From Candidatus Woesearchaeota archaeon (lineage in GTDB: Archaea > Nanobdellota > Nanobdellia > Pacearchaeales > GW2011-AR1), in contig CAYLLQ010000003.1 in NCBI GenBank assembly GCA_964384935.1, positions 1 to 24,654 on the forward strand: a DNA stretch of 24,654 nt, in the 5' to 3' direction. Below are positions 8,969 to 19,100 of this stretch, in pieces (positions within the stretch are counted from its first letter, which is position 1; every line of letters begins with the position of its first letter). The translations under genes and the position numbers were made by a program. The notes under the pieces are model-generated. The model saw only the letters and a program-made list of their open reading frames with translations, was not told where the DNA came from and did no database searches.

Positions 8969-9319
8969 TTATCTTGGAATAAACCCTTCAAGTTCATATG
9001 CAACCAATTTTCTTTGAGATTCTGAAGGCTCATCTGAATAAAGTTTAACAGTCCCATTAAATAACCTTTTTCCAAACAGGAAAGAGCCATCATCTCCAGT
9101 GTTTAAAGGATCTTTTCCCGGAATAGCCATAGCCATGTAAAGATCTCCAGAATCACCTTCTATCCAGTACCATCTTTCCCTAGATGGCGAGGGAGATCCT
9201 TTACTAACAATTCAGGGGGTAATCACTTCTTCCCCGATAACTCTCCCATCTACAAAATGATTGTTGGAACAACCAGCAAGTGTGAGGAGAGTTGCAATTG
9301 TTGCTAAAGCCCTTTTCAT
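8969..9319 (-). pseudogene. Lipoprotein-like ORF (116 codons) interrupted by one in-frame TGA
   Basis: MKRALATIATLLTLAGC signal/lipobox; TGA at 9214-9212 (codon 36); the frame stays open for 80 more codons to a TAA abutting the neighbour's stop. Confidence 0.6.
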
Positions 9320-9375
9320 TCTGAAAGAAGAGAATATATTGTAATTAATAAATTTATTGGCAATCGAATGTATAC

Positions 9376-10104
9376 TTAAATTTTATAAACTGCTCTAACA
9401 CTTGCAGAGATATCTTGTTCTGAAGGAGTTATACTTGTTGCCACTTGCTTTTCTTCGGATGTTAAGACTGCTCCAGCAGAATTATCATAAGCTCTTAATG
9501 GATAGTAATCATAACTGTCTACAGAAGTTGAAACTAATCTTCCGAGTCTTTTACCGAATCCTTGCGCAACAGCCTCTGCTTTTACTTTTGAATCTTGAGC
9601 TGCTAATTTTAATGCTTCTGATTTATATTGATTTTGTAACTCTTGGCTTAACTCAAAATTTATGTAACTTATTCCAACTCCAGATTTTACTCCAGCATCT
9701 ATAACCTCTCCTATTTTAGAGGATTCAGAAGTAGGAAGTTCAACTCTCAAAGAATGGGATGCGGTATAACCTTTTTCTACTTGTCTTCCATTTACCCAAT
9801 CGTATTGAGGATAAACGCTAAATCCTTGTGTTTGAATAGCCTTTTCCTCAAAGCCTAATTTTATTATTTCTGATTTCAAAGAATCAACTAGTTCTGAATT
9901 CTTCTGAGTTGCTTCTGCACTTGTTTTTGCGTTTGTCTGTACGTTGAAGTAAACTCCAACTAAATCTGGAACGGCTTTAACTTGCGCTTGTCCGTTTACA
10001 GTAATAGTATTTTGTGAAGAGTTTCCAAAAAAAGAAAATCCTAAGAAAGAAATAACAATTAATCCTACAACAATAATAGAAGTTATTTGAACTGATTTTT
10101 GCAT
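9376..10104 (-). CDS. SIMPL (DUF541) domain protein
   Basis: N-terminal TM helix, TITVNGQAQVKAVPD, ISYINFELS, ALKLAAQDSKVKAEAVA. Confidence 0.85.
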   Translation of the reverse strand: MQKSVQITSIIVVGLIVISFLGFSFFGNSSQNTITVNGQAQVKAVPDLVGVYFNVQTNAKTSAEATQKNSELVDSLKSEIIKLGFEEKAIQTQGFSVYPQYDWVNGRQVEKGYTASHSLRVELPTSESSKIGEVIDAGVKSGVGISYINFELSQELQNQYKSEALKLAAQDSKVKAEAVAQGFGKRLGRLVSTSVDSYDYYPLRAYDNSAGAVLTSEEKQVATSITPSEQDISASVRAVYKI

Positions 10105-10158
10105 ATCTTAATTAAGAAAATGGTATTTATAAGTTTTACATAATAGAGATTTAAGAGA

Positions 10159-10902
10159 TTATTTCCCGCAGATTTCGTATGCATCGTCTTGGGGAGAATA
10201 ACCAACTAATTCTTTCGCTAACTTTAAGTCCATATTATGTTTTTTATTATTTGAGATTCCAGATAAAATTGCATACTTCAATTCTTTTTTAGCTATAATT
10301 GATTTATGCATTAGTTGAGATAAATCTCGTTGACTTACAACATAATGATAATCGGTCCTTTCAGAACAAACAGAACACATTTCGTCTTTTGCAGCGTAAG
10401 CTCCAATTCGTATTGCAATACAAGATAAATCCGAGTTAGAGGAAAATGTATAACAAAGCGCTTCTCCAAATGCTTTTGTTGCTCCGTAAATTGTTAATGG
10501 CTTAGGGGCATCTTCTCCTCGAACTTTGTAATCTAAATCGTATCCCTTAATTGCATGAACACTACTTGCGAATATAACTCGGGAACATTTTTTTTCTAGT
10601 GCAACATTAAAAACATTGTAAGCTCCAATAATATTCGGTTCGATTAAGTCGGTAAAAGATGCTGAGGGACTCGGATTTGCTGCGAGATTAATAATTACAT
10701 CGATTCCTTCAAATGCTTTTCTAAGGGAATCTAAATCAGTAAGAGAAAATTTTCTTGTTTCTAATTTCTCTGCAAAAGAAGAAGTTTTATGGACTCCAAT
10801 GATTAATTGATACTCTTTTTTCCAATCATAATTTTCTAAATAATCCTCAATAAATCCTGTTCCAACGTTTCCAGAAGCTCCCAACAATAAAACTTTTTTC
10901 AT
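10159..10902 (-). CDS. NAD-dependent epimerase/dehydratase (extended SDR; uronate-dehydrogenase-like)
   Basis: GASGNVG, INLAA, FASS and YGATK motifs. Confidence 0.85.
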   Translation of the reverse strand: MKKVLLLGASGNVGTGFIEDYLENYDWKKEYQLIIGVHKTSSFAEKLETRKFSLTDLDSLRKAFEGIDVIINLAANPSPSASFTDLIEPNIIGAYNVFNVALEKKCSRVIFASSVHAIKGYDLDYKVRGEDAPKPLTIYGATKAFGEALCYTFSSNSDLSCIAIRIGAYAAKDEMCSVCSERTDYHYVVSQRDLSQLMHKSIIAKKELKYAILSGISNNKKHNMDLKLAKELVGYSPQDDAYEICGK

Positions 10903-10949
10903 ATTCTTTTATAGAGCTCCAAGTTATAAAGTTTGCTAAGAAAACAAGG

Positions 10950-11024
10950 AGTACTTCTATTTTTCATCTGCTAGAGTAAATACTCAAAAACATTTAAATA
11001 GTACTTACAAATAGTAGAAGTACT
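10950..11024. promoter_or_regulatory. Divergent promoter with repeated AGTACT palindromes and a TATA box
   Basis: AGTACT at 10950, 11000 and 11019; inverted repeat AGTACTTCTA/TAGAAGTACT; GAGTA-AA-TACTC; TTTAAATA at 10993-11000. Confidence 0.45.
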
Positions 11025-11028
11025 TAAA

Positions 11029-11352
11029 ATGACAACAATAAATGTAAACAGCGTAAACTTTGAAAAGGAAGTAGTTGAGTCGAAGATTCCAGTGATCATT
11101 GACTTTTGGGCATCGTGGTGTGGACCGTGTCAAATGATGGGACCGGTATTTGAAAAGTTGAGTAAACAATTTGTTGGCAGAGTAAAATTTGTCAAAGTGA
11201 ATGTTGAAGAAGAGCAAATGCTACCCAGTCAGTTTGATGTATCCGGAATTCCTTGTTTGGTCTTGACTGAAAGAGGAAAAGAAATAGATAGAATCGTTGG
11301 CTACGTACCTGAAGAAGCGCTAAAAGAAAAAATAGAAGAAAACTTAAGATGA
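11029..11352 (+). CDS. trxA: Thioredoxin
   Basis: [11 protein letters not shown] motif. Confidence 0.95.
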   Translation: MTTINVNSVNFEKEVVESKIPVIIDFWASWCGPCQMMGPVFEKLSKQFVGRVKFVKVNVEEEQMLPSQFDVSGIPCLVLTERGKEIDRIVGYVPEEALKEKIEENLR

Positions 11353-11696
11353 TTGATTTCGCTTGCAAGAGATTTAATCTAGAAGACATAATTAAATGTG
11401 GACTTGGATTAACTCGTACAGAATTTGAAATTATGAAATATTTTCTGAATAATTCTAGCAAGGAGTTTATCACTTCAGATATTTCAAAAAAACTAAAGCT
11501 GAGTTTAACAACAATTCAGAAAGCGGTAAAAAAACTATATGAAAAAAGAGTTATAATTAGACATCAGAAAAATCTCAAAAACGGGGGATATGTTTATACC
11601 TATGAGTGTAATTCAAAGCTAGAGATTAGAAAATCTATAAAGGCAATTATAAAAAATTGGTCGAATCAGGTAGAAGATAAAATTGATAAATGGTAA
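11349..11696 (+). CDS. Archaeal TrmB-like wHTH transcriptional regulator (COG3355-like)
   Basis: MIDFACK...IIKCGLGL N-terminus; [24 protein letters not shown]; GGYVYTY wing. Confidence 0.78.
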   Translation: MIDFACKRFNLEDIIKCGLGLTRTEFEIMKYFLNNSSKEFITSDISKKLKLSLTTIQKAVKKLYEKRVIIRHQKNLKNGGYVYTYECNSKLEIRKSIKAIIKNWSNQVEDKIDKW

Positions 11697-11759
11697 TAAT
11701 AATTTTTTATCGGAAAAAGGATAAACAAAGTTTTTAAACGAATAAAATTCCTATTCTGA

Positions 11760-12326
11760 ATGAGCTACTTTGAAGAATCGCAAAAACTTAGAAGAGAAAT
11801 AGAAAACGACCGGGATATTTGTGTAAAAATTAAAGCTTTTGAAAAAAGGGGGCTAGAACTAGAGTTTATGGCAAGTGGTGGAAGAAATAGTCATTATAGA
11901 TTGGGGCAATTGCCCTCGGGGTTATGGATTGCATTAAGAGAGAGTGTCGGTTATGAAAGAGGGGAATTTGAAGAATTGGGATTGATTGGATGTGCATTGT
12001 ATGAAACTTATTGTCAGGAAGCAGAAAGATTCCATGAGAGGGGAAAAAGAGTTCCTCTTTCAGTTGGAGGTTACATCAAAGAAATTGAAACCCCCTTCCT
12101 CGTTGTTGAAGATTTGGGAGAGGGTAAAAACGGGGTAGTTTTTGGAACTGGGTGCAGTAATTCTAGAGGATATATTGAGAGAGATGGAAAGAGAGAAGAG
12201 GTATGGTTTGACCTGGGAAAAGATGATACTTTGGGTATGGAATCAATTACGAATAAAAGAATTGATGGACTTTTTGATATTCGCTCCTTAAAATATTTTC
12301 ACCCAACTGCAAGAATAAATCTTTAA
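11760..12326 (+). CDS. Hypothetical protein, possibly a degenerate kinase-like fold
   Basis: Intact ORF. ASGGRNSHY, IALRE, FLVVEDL and WFDLG weakly echo kinase motifs. Confidence 0.55.
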   Translation: MSYFEESQKLRREIENDRDICVKIKAFEKRGLELEFMASGGRNSHYRLGQLPSGLWIALRESVGYERGEFEELGLIGCALYETYCQEAERFHERGKRVPLSVGGYIKEIETPFLVVEDLGEGKNGVVFGTGCSNSRGYIERDGKREEVWFDLGKDDTLGMESITNKRIDGLFDIRSLKYFHPTARINL

Positions 12327-12455
12327 ATTTAAATCATTACTATCCGTTAAATTTTTAGTTTAAGCTCAATTTATCTAAACGGCTTGGATAAAAATAAATT
12401 TACAAAAGATTGGACAAATGGTAAACATTTAAATAAATGCTGAATATCTAAAAAT

Positions 12456-13415
12456 ATGGAAAAGAGTTATGATTTAATTATTATTGGTGCAGGTGGAACT
12501 GGCTTGGCTGCTGCAATGTATGCTGCTCGTTTAAGTTTGCAAACTTTAGTTCTTGGGACATCGCATGGTTCTGAACTTCCTATTGGGGGAGTTATCACCA
12601 CTACAAATGTTGTTGAGAATTATCCTGGATTTAACAAAATAGGGGGAATGGAAATTGCTAGAAAGATAAAAGAACATGCAGAAGAATATAAAGAAGTTAC
12701 GATTAAAACAGAGAAAGCAGAATCGGTTGAAAAATTAAAAAGTTGTTTTAATGTTAAAACAAAAAAGGAAGAATATAAGGCAAAGGCAGTAATTTTTGCA
12801 ACAGGAACAAAATGGAGAAAACTTCCCGAGTCAGTTAAGGGTTCTAAAGAGCTAGAGAGAAGGGGTGTTAATTACTGTGCTCTTTGTGATGGACCATTGT
12901 ACAGAGGAAAAACTGTCGCAGTTATTGGTGGTTCGGACACTGCCGCTAAAGACGCTTTAATTCTTGCAGAGTATGCGGACAAAGTTTACATGATTTACAG
13001 AGGGGATTCAATTCACCCCGAACCAGCAAATTTAGATAAAATTCAAAAGAATAAAAAAATAGAAGTGATTAATAATACAAATTTAACAGAGATAAAAGGC
13101 GAAACAAAAGTTGAAGGAGTTGTATTGGATAAAGCGTATAAAGGAAAAAAAGATCTAGAATTAAACGCGGTTTTTGTTGCAATTGGACACGAAGTGCTTT
13201 CTGAATTAGCAAAATCAATTGGAGTTAAAACAAATTCCCATGAGGAAATAATCATCGATCATAAAGATTGTTCTACGAATGTTAAAGGGGTTTTTGCCGC
13301 TGGAGATGTAACAGACAAACCGTTCAAACAATTGATTACGGGTGTTGCTGATGGATGTACTGCGGCGTATTCAGCGTATGAGTATATAACCAATAGCGAA
13401 GTTGATGTTTGTTAG
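12456..13415 (+). CDS. trxB: Thioredoxin reductase
   Basis: IIGAGGTG, ENYPGF, CALCDG, VIGGSDTA, GVFAAGDV. Confidence 0.9.
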   Translation: MEKSYDLIIIGAGGTGLAAAMYAARLSLQTLVLGTSHGSELPIGGVITTTNVVENYPGFNKIGGMEIARKIKEHAEEYKEVTIKTEKAESVEKLKSCFNVKTKKEEYKAKAVIFATGTKWRKLPESVKGSKELERRGVNYCALCDGPLYRGKTVAVIGGSDTAAKDALILAEYADKVYMIYRGDSIHPEPANLDKIQKNKKIEVINNTNLTEIKGETKVEGVVLDKAYKGKKDLELNAVFVAIGHEVLSELAKSIGVKTNSHEEIIIDHKDCSTNVKGVFAAGDVTDKPFKQLITGVADGCTAAYSAYEYITNSEVDVC

Positions 13416-13463
13416 ATAGTTCAAGACAATAAACTATAAATAGAAGTTCTACATTAATAATCA

Positions 13464-14096
13464 ATGCCACACAGACTTTTACAAAAGGAGCATGAGGCAA
13501 TTCTGTCGAAATTAAAGGATTTTGAAATAATTATAGATGCTCTTCCAGAAAATCCAAAAGTTATTGAGCTTAAGAAAATTTTTTCTTTTATTGATTTAGC
13601 TGAAACGCATCATAGAAAGGAAGAGGAAATTCTTTTCAAAAGTTTAGAAGAAAAGGGACACGAAATACCGACCCAACTATTTAGAATGGACCATGATGAC
13701 ATTCGTAAAGCAAAAGAAGTTTTAAAGGAAGTAATCGAAGAAGAAAATATAGAACTGATTAAAGCTCTGCTTTTATTTGAGGGAAAGTTTTTGATTCAAA
13801 AAATGCGGGAGCACATAAGACGTGAAGACGAGATTATTTACCCCTTAGCAAAACAAATTATTGAAGAAGATGAGTGGGGAAGGATAAAGAAAAAATTTGA
13901 TGAGATTGGATATATTTGTGAGATTCCTGATGAGTTCAAAGTTTATGAGATTATTTTAAACGATGTAAAAATTGCAGAACTAATCGCAAAGTTAAATGGA
14001 TTAAAGCTGTTTAAAGATAAAGTAAACATTCAGGATTTAAAGAAAAACAATTTTAGTCTGGTGCATGAAGAAGCGGTTAAAGATGTGTTTTCTTAA
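13464..14096 (+). CDS. Hemerythrin/HHE cation-binding domain protein
   Basis: KEHEAI, HHRKEEEILF, MDHDDIR, EHIRREDEIIYP. Confidence 0.8.
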   Translation: MPHRLLQKEHEAILSKLKDFEIIIDALPENPKVIELKKIFSFIDLAETHHRKEEEILFKSLEEKGHEIPTQLFRMDHDDIRKAKEVLKEVIEEENIELIKALLLFEGKFLIQKMREHIRREDEIIYPLAKQIIEEDEWGRIKKKFDEIGYICEIPDEFKVYEIILNDVKIAELIAKLNGLKLFKDKVNIQDLKKNNFSLVHEEAVKDVFS

Positions 14097-14158
14097 GTGT
14101 ATTGTTAACTTACTGAGGCTTTAAGAATATTTAAAACTCAATGATTCTTTAGTTCTCT

Positions 14159-15052
14159 ATGGATAAACTTGAACAAAAATTTAAACAAACTCTAGATAAA
14201 ATGAATCTAAGTAAAAATCGCCGCTCGGCGTACGCCAAGGAGGCGCGAGAACCTCTCCGAGGCCCCAAAGTAAGGAGTAAGGGGGCAAAGATAATTGTTG
14301 CTTTATCTGGAGGGAAGGATTCTACAGTTGTTGCTTACTTATTGCACAAATTTGGCTACAATATTGAAGGGGTTCATATTGATTTAAAAATTGGTAAATA
14401 CAGCGATGATTGTTTAAAGAAAGTTCAAGAACTTTGTAGCGATTTAGAGATAAAACTTCATTTATTCGATATGAAAAAAGAGATGGGGAGCGGAATGTGT
14501 TATCTTAGAACCGCGATTCAATCTGAACACATAAAACAAAAAAAAGGTCAGATTAAAAATTGTGCAATTTGTGGAGTTATAAAAAAATGGATTCTGAATA
14601 AAGTCGTCAGAAAATTAGATGCGGATTACATTGCAACAGGACATAATCTTGACGACGAAGCTCAGACATTTTTAATGAATGTCTTGAAAGGAAGCATAGA
14701 ACTTAGTGCAAATTCTGGAGTTAGAACTAAAAATATCGGAGATAAGAAATTTATTCCAAGAATAAAACCCTTGTTTTATATCGCTGAAGAGGACATTAAA
14801 ACTTATTCTAAGAAAATGAAACTTCCAGTACATTATGAAAAGTGCCCGTGTGCAATTGATTCATATAGAATTCAAATAAGAAATTTTTTAGAAAAGGTTC
14901 CTACAAAGAAAAAAGAAAATATAATCAGAAATTCGGAGAACATTTTAAAGAAAGTTGAGAAAAAGAGTTCTGGATTGAGATATTGTGAAATGTGTGGTGA
15001 ACCCTCCAGAGGAAATATATGTAAAAAGTGTCAGTTAATGAGTGTTTGTTAA
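14159..15052 (+). CDS. tRNA thiolation protein, TtcA/TtuA/Ctu1 family
   Basis: PP-loop SGGKDS, CAIC, GHNLDD, CPCA, and a C-terminal CEMC..CKKC Zn finger. Confidence 0.88.
   Translation: MDKLEQKFKQTLDKMNLSKNRRSAYAKEAREPLRGPKVRSKGAKIIVALSGGKDSTVVAYLLHKFGYNIEGVHIDLKIGKYSDDCLKKVQELCSDLEIKLHLFDMKKEMGSGMCYLRTAIQSEHIKQKKGQIKNCAICGVIKKWILNKVVRKLDADYIATGHNLDDEAQTFLMNVLKGSIELSANSGVRTKNIGDKKFIPRIKPLFYIAEEDIKTYSKKMKLPVHYEKCPCAIDSYRIQIRNFLEKVPTKKKENIIRNSENILKKVEKKSSGLRYCEMCGEPSRGNICKKCQLMSVC
14219..14286 (+). repeat. Coding palindromic element, copy C (in tRNA thiolase N-terminus)
   Basis: 68 nt; encodes [22 protein letters not shown] just before IIVALSGGKDS. Confidence 0.9.
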
Positions 15053-15103
15053 TATATTTTATTTAACCACAATTCTTTTTAATGCTAGAGACTAAGTCGA
15101 AGA

Positions 15104-15577
15104 ATGAATCTAATTGAGGATCTATACTCTGGGAAGAAAAGAGATGCAATAATCTCTCTTTTGGATGATTCTTCAATTAGAAAACAGATACTTGCCCAAG
15201 TGGGAATGGAATTAAATAAAAGAGGTGTAGTAATTTCTCCTTCAAATGAACAATTAATGGTTCTTTTATCCCAAGCGAGTTTTGCAAATAATGGGACTGA
15301 GTGTGTTTATGTCGCTAAAATTGTTCGTAGATTTTTAATGGTAGACGAACCTCTTCCACGAGTAGCAGAACATCAAGGATACGATTTAGCTTCACGATGC
15401 TTAGTTTCTCTTGGATTTTTTCCCAAAGCGATAGAGAAAAGATGGGAACGTTATGGAGCGCCAAAACCGGAGTTTTATAGAGAAGTAGGCAAAACAACTT
15501 TTCATGAAATAGGGCGGGCAGATGTAAGTGAAAATTTTGAGAAATGGGAAAGATTTATGCAGGAAATGTTCGTATAA
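15104..15577 (+). CDS. Hypothetical protein (157 aa)
   Basis: Intact ORF between the thiolase and the nrdR promoter; no recognised motif. Confidence 0.6.
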   Translation: MNLIEDLYSGKKRDAIISLLDDSSIRKQILAQVGMELNKRGVVISPSNEQLMVLLSQASFANNGTECVYVAKIVRRFLMVDEPLPRVAEHQGYDLASRCLVSLGFFPKAIEKRWERYGAPKPEFYREVGKTTFHEIGRADVSENFEKWERFMQEMFV

Positions 15578-15606
15578 CCCGATTCACCAAAAAGTGATGA
15601 TAAATC

Positions 15607-15688
15607 TTTATATACTAAAACGTTTTCAAGTAGTTGCGCCATACAACTTATAGTAAGATAGGTTTATGTTGCATACAATATATTGTAC
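15607..15688 (+). promoter_or_regulatory. TATA box plus tandem NrdR boxes
   Basis: TTTATATA at 15607-15614; ATACAACTTATAGTAA at 15641-15656 and ATACAATATATTGTAC at 15673-15688, 32 bp apart, matching the acaCwAtATaTwGtgt consensus. Confidence 0.8.
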
Positions 15689-15699
15689 CTAATAAAAAA

Positions 15700-16137
15700 A
15701 TGAACTGCCCATATTGTTCGAATACAACCTCCAGAGTCACGAATAAAAGGGGCTCTCCAGAAGGGGTGAGAAGGAGAAGAGAGTGCTTGAAGTGCAAAAA
15801 ACGATATACAACATATGAGAAAATAGACAAAGGAGAAATATGGGTAATAAAAAAAGATGGTACAAGGCAAATCTTTCAAATAGACAAAATAAAAGTTGGT
15901 GTTGAGAGAGCGTTTGAAAAAAGACCTGTTTCAAAAGAGGAAATTAAAAAGACTCTTGATGAAATAGAAGAACAGATAAGAAAAAAAGGAAAGAGAGAAA
16001 TCAGAAGTTCAATAATTGGAGAATTAGTCATGAAAAAAATAAAAAAATTAGACAACATTGCATACATAAGATTCGCTTCAGTTTACAAAGAATTCAAAGA
16101 TGTTCAGGATTTTAAAAAGGAGATAAAAGATTTATAA
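15700..16137 (+). CDS. nrdR: Transcriptional repressor NrdR
   Basis: MNCPYC...RRRRECLKC..YTTYE Zn ribbon, ATP-cone and AYIRFASVY. True start is ATG 15700 rather than TTG 15634. Confidence 0.93.
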   Translation: MNCPYCSNTTSRVTNKRGSPEGVRRRRECLKCKKRYTTYEKIDKGEIWVIKKDGTRQIFQIDKIKVGVERAFEKRPVSKEEIKKTLDEIEEQIRKKGKREIRSSIIGELVMKKIKKLDNIAYIRFASVYKEFKDVQDFKKEIKDL

Positions 16138-19100
16138 TGGTATCAAAAATTAGAAAACGTGACGGAAGTGTAGTTCAATTTCAAGAGTTCAAAATTACCG
16201 AGGCTATCTGGAAAGCTGTTAAAGCGGTTGGAGGAACAGATAAAGAAAAGGCGGAACGCCTTGGAGAAGAAGTTATAAGACAGTTAAATGAAAAATTTGG
16301 TGAACTAGGAATTCCTTCGGTAGAAGAAGTTCAAGATTTAGTGGAAAAGATCTTAATTGAAGCGGGTCATGCTAAAGTCGCAAAAGCGTACATTCTTTAC
16401 AGAAAAAGTCACGACGAACTAAGAAGTATTAAGGGACTTTTTGATACTATAGAGGCTGTTGATGATTACATCGGATTAAACGATTGGATGGTTAAAGAAA
16501 ATTCGAATATGGGTTTTTCTTTACAAGGATTAAATAATTATATTGCTACAAAAATAATCACAAATTATTGGATGAGAAGAATTTACCCTGAAGCGGTAAG
16601 AACTGTTCACGAGAGTGGAGATTTGCACGTACATGATTTAGGCACTCTGGGAGCATATTGTTATGATGATAAAACAAAAATACTTACAGAAGCTGGTTGG
16701 AAATTTTTTAAAGATGTAAAAGAAGGTGAAAAAGTTGCAACAAAAAATATTGCTACGAGAGAAATAGAATTCCAAGTTCCTCATGCAAAACAAGTTTACA
16801 ATTATTCTGGAAAAATGTACTCTTATGAGGGAAGAAGCGTTTCTTTACTTGTGACTCCAGAACATAGACTCTTGGTTAGAAGAAAGGGAAAAACTAAATG
16901 GGAATTTTTAACCCCTCCAGATTTTAAATACGGGATGGAATTTGATAAGACTGGCTCGTGGAAAGGTAAAACCGCTAATTTTTTTCATGTTCCAGAAATG
17001 AGAGGGGGAAATCAAAAAAAGACAATTGGAAAAATAGAAATTAAAGACTATCTAGAGTTTATGGGTTGGTTTTTATCAGAAGGGTCGGTGTACGAACCAT
17101 CCAAAGGAGATTTTAGAATAAGTATTGCTCAATCGAGAAAAAAGTATCGGGAAGAAATTTGTTCTTTACTTAAAAAAATGAATCTCCATTTCAATGATTC
17201 TTCTGAATTCAACATTCATCTACACTCTAAAGAGTTGTACTATTATTTAAAGCAATTTGGAAAATCTGGAGAAAAATATCTACCCACAAACATAAAAGAA
17301 TTAAATTCAGATTTAATTAAAGTTTTTTTAACTACTTTATTTAAAGGGGATGGAAGTTATTCGGAAAAAAACAAGTTATTGAAATATTATACCAAATCTG
17401 AAAAGTTAGCTGAAGACGTATGTGAGTGCCTATTAAAAATAGGTCTTTGTGGAACAATTACTAAAAGGAAAGGGATGAATATCTATATGGTCTCTGTTGA
17501 AAATAATCATTTAACTCCGATATACCGAAAAAAAGAAAAAGTGGTTGAGTATTCTGGAAAAGTTTATGATTTTTCTGTCAAAAATACAACCTTGATTGTT
17601 ATGCGGAACGGGAAGATTGTGGTTTCGGGTAATTGCGTCGGGTGGGACTTGAAAGATTTATTGATTCTAGGATTTAAAGGAGTTCAAGGAAAAGTTGCAT
17701 CTAAACCTCCAAAACATTTTAGAACTGCCCTTGGACAAATGGTTAATTTTTTCTATACCCTTCAGGGAGAAACTGCAGGAGCGCAAGCATTTTCTAACGT
17801 AGATAGTTTATTGGCTCCGTTTATTCGATATGATAATTTAAGTTACAAGGAAGTAAAACAATCCATACAAGAATTTTTATTTAACTTAGCTGTTCCAACA
17901 AGGGTCGGTTTTCAGTGTATGTCTGAAGATACGGAAATCCTTACGCCAAATGGTTGGGCAAGCTATAATGATCTGAAAAAAGGGGATACAATCAAAACAT
18001 TTAATATTGAAAAAAGAGTGATTGAAGATAAACCAATTAGAAAATTATTTGCAAGGGAATACTCGGGAATTATGTATAATTTGAAAAATAGAATTCAGGA
18101 CCAATTAATTTCTCCCGGACATAGGGTGGTTAGAAAGAGATTTCAAACCGAAAATTATTATCTTGAACCAATAGAGGAAATTGATAAAATGAAATCTCCA
18201 TTTATCGTTCCTATTGCAGGGGAAAATGTTGTAAAAGATTCTAAAATATCCGATGAACAGATAAAATTAATGTCGTGGATAATTGGTGAGGGGAGCATTG
18301 AACGTCCAGGAAAAAGTCGATGTTGTTATAGAGTAAGCATTTATCAGTCTGAAATAAAAAACAATGAAAAGTATAAAGAAATAAAAAAATTGTTAGATCA
18401 TTTTAAATTAAAATATTCGGAGTACACTCAAAAAGGTATGGGATGTGATGTAAAACGAATAAGATTGGATGCAGAATCATCTAAAAAAATCCATTCGTGG
18501 TTTGGAACAAAAGAATCAATAAAATTTATTCCTCAAATTCTTTTAAATATGAGTCAAATGCAGTCACGATTATTTTTAGAAACATACATTAAAGCAGAAG
18601 GATTTGAAAATTGTAAAATTGCAACAACCGATCAGGAAATTTTAGACGGATTACAACAAATTGCAGTAAACTCTTGCTACGGATTTACGGTCTTAACAAG
18701 AAAACCAACAATAGGTAAAAAATTAATTTATGTTTTGAGATTAATAAATCATCAAGATAGCTATATTCAAAAAATAGAGAAAATAAATTATTCTGGAATA
18801 ATTTGGTGCCCAAACACAGATAATGAAACAGTAATTGCTAGGAGAAATGGAAAGGTTTTCATTACAGGAAATACTCCATTTACAAATGTTACAATGGATT
18901 TGAAAGTTCCAGAATACATGAAAAATGAACCGGTTATTATTGGTGGAAAACCTCAAAAAGAAACATACAAAGAATTCCAAAAAGAAATGGACATGTTCAA
19001 TAAAGCTTTTGCAGAGGGAATGTTAGAAGGAGATGCCGACGGAAGAGTCTTCACTTTTCCCATTCCAACTTATAACATCACAAAAGATTTTGATTGGGAA

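Noticed and set aside
9212-9214. Genome-wide TGA reassignment
   Set aside because: Several confident genes (arsM at 663, DUF1858 at 1093, nrdD at 21155) end in TGA with coupled or adjacent downstream starts.
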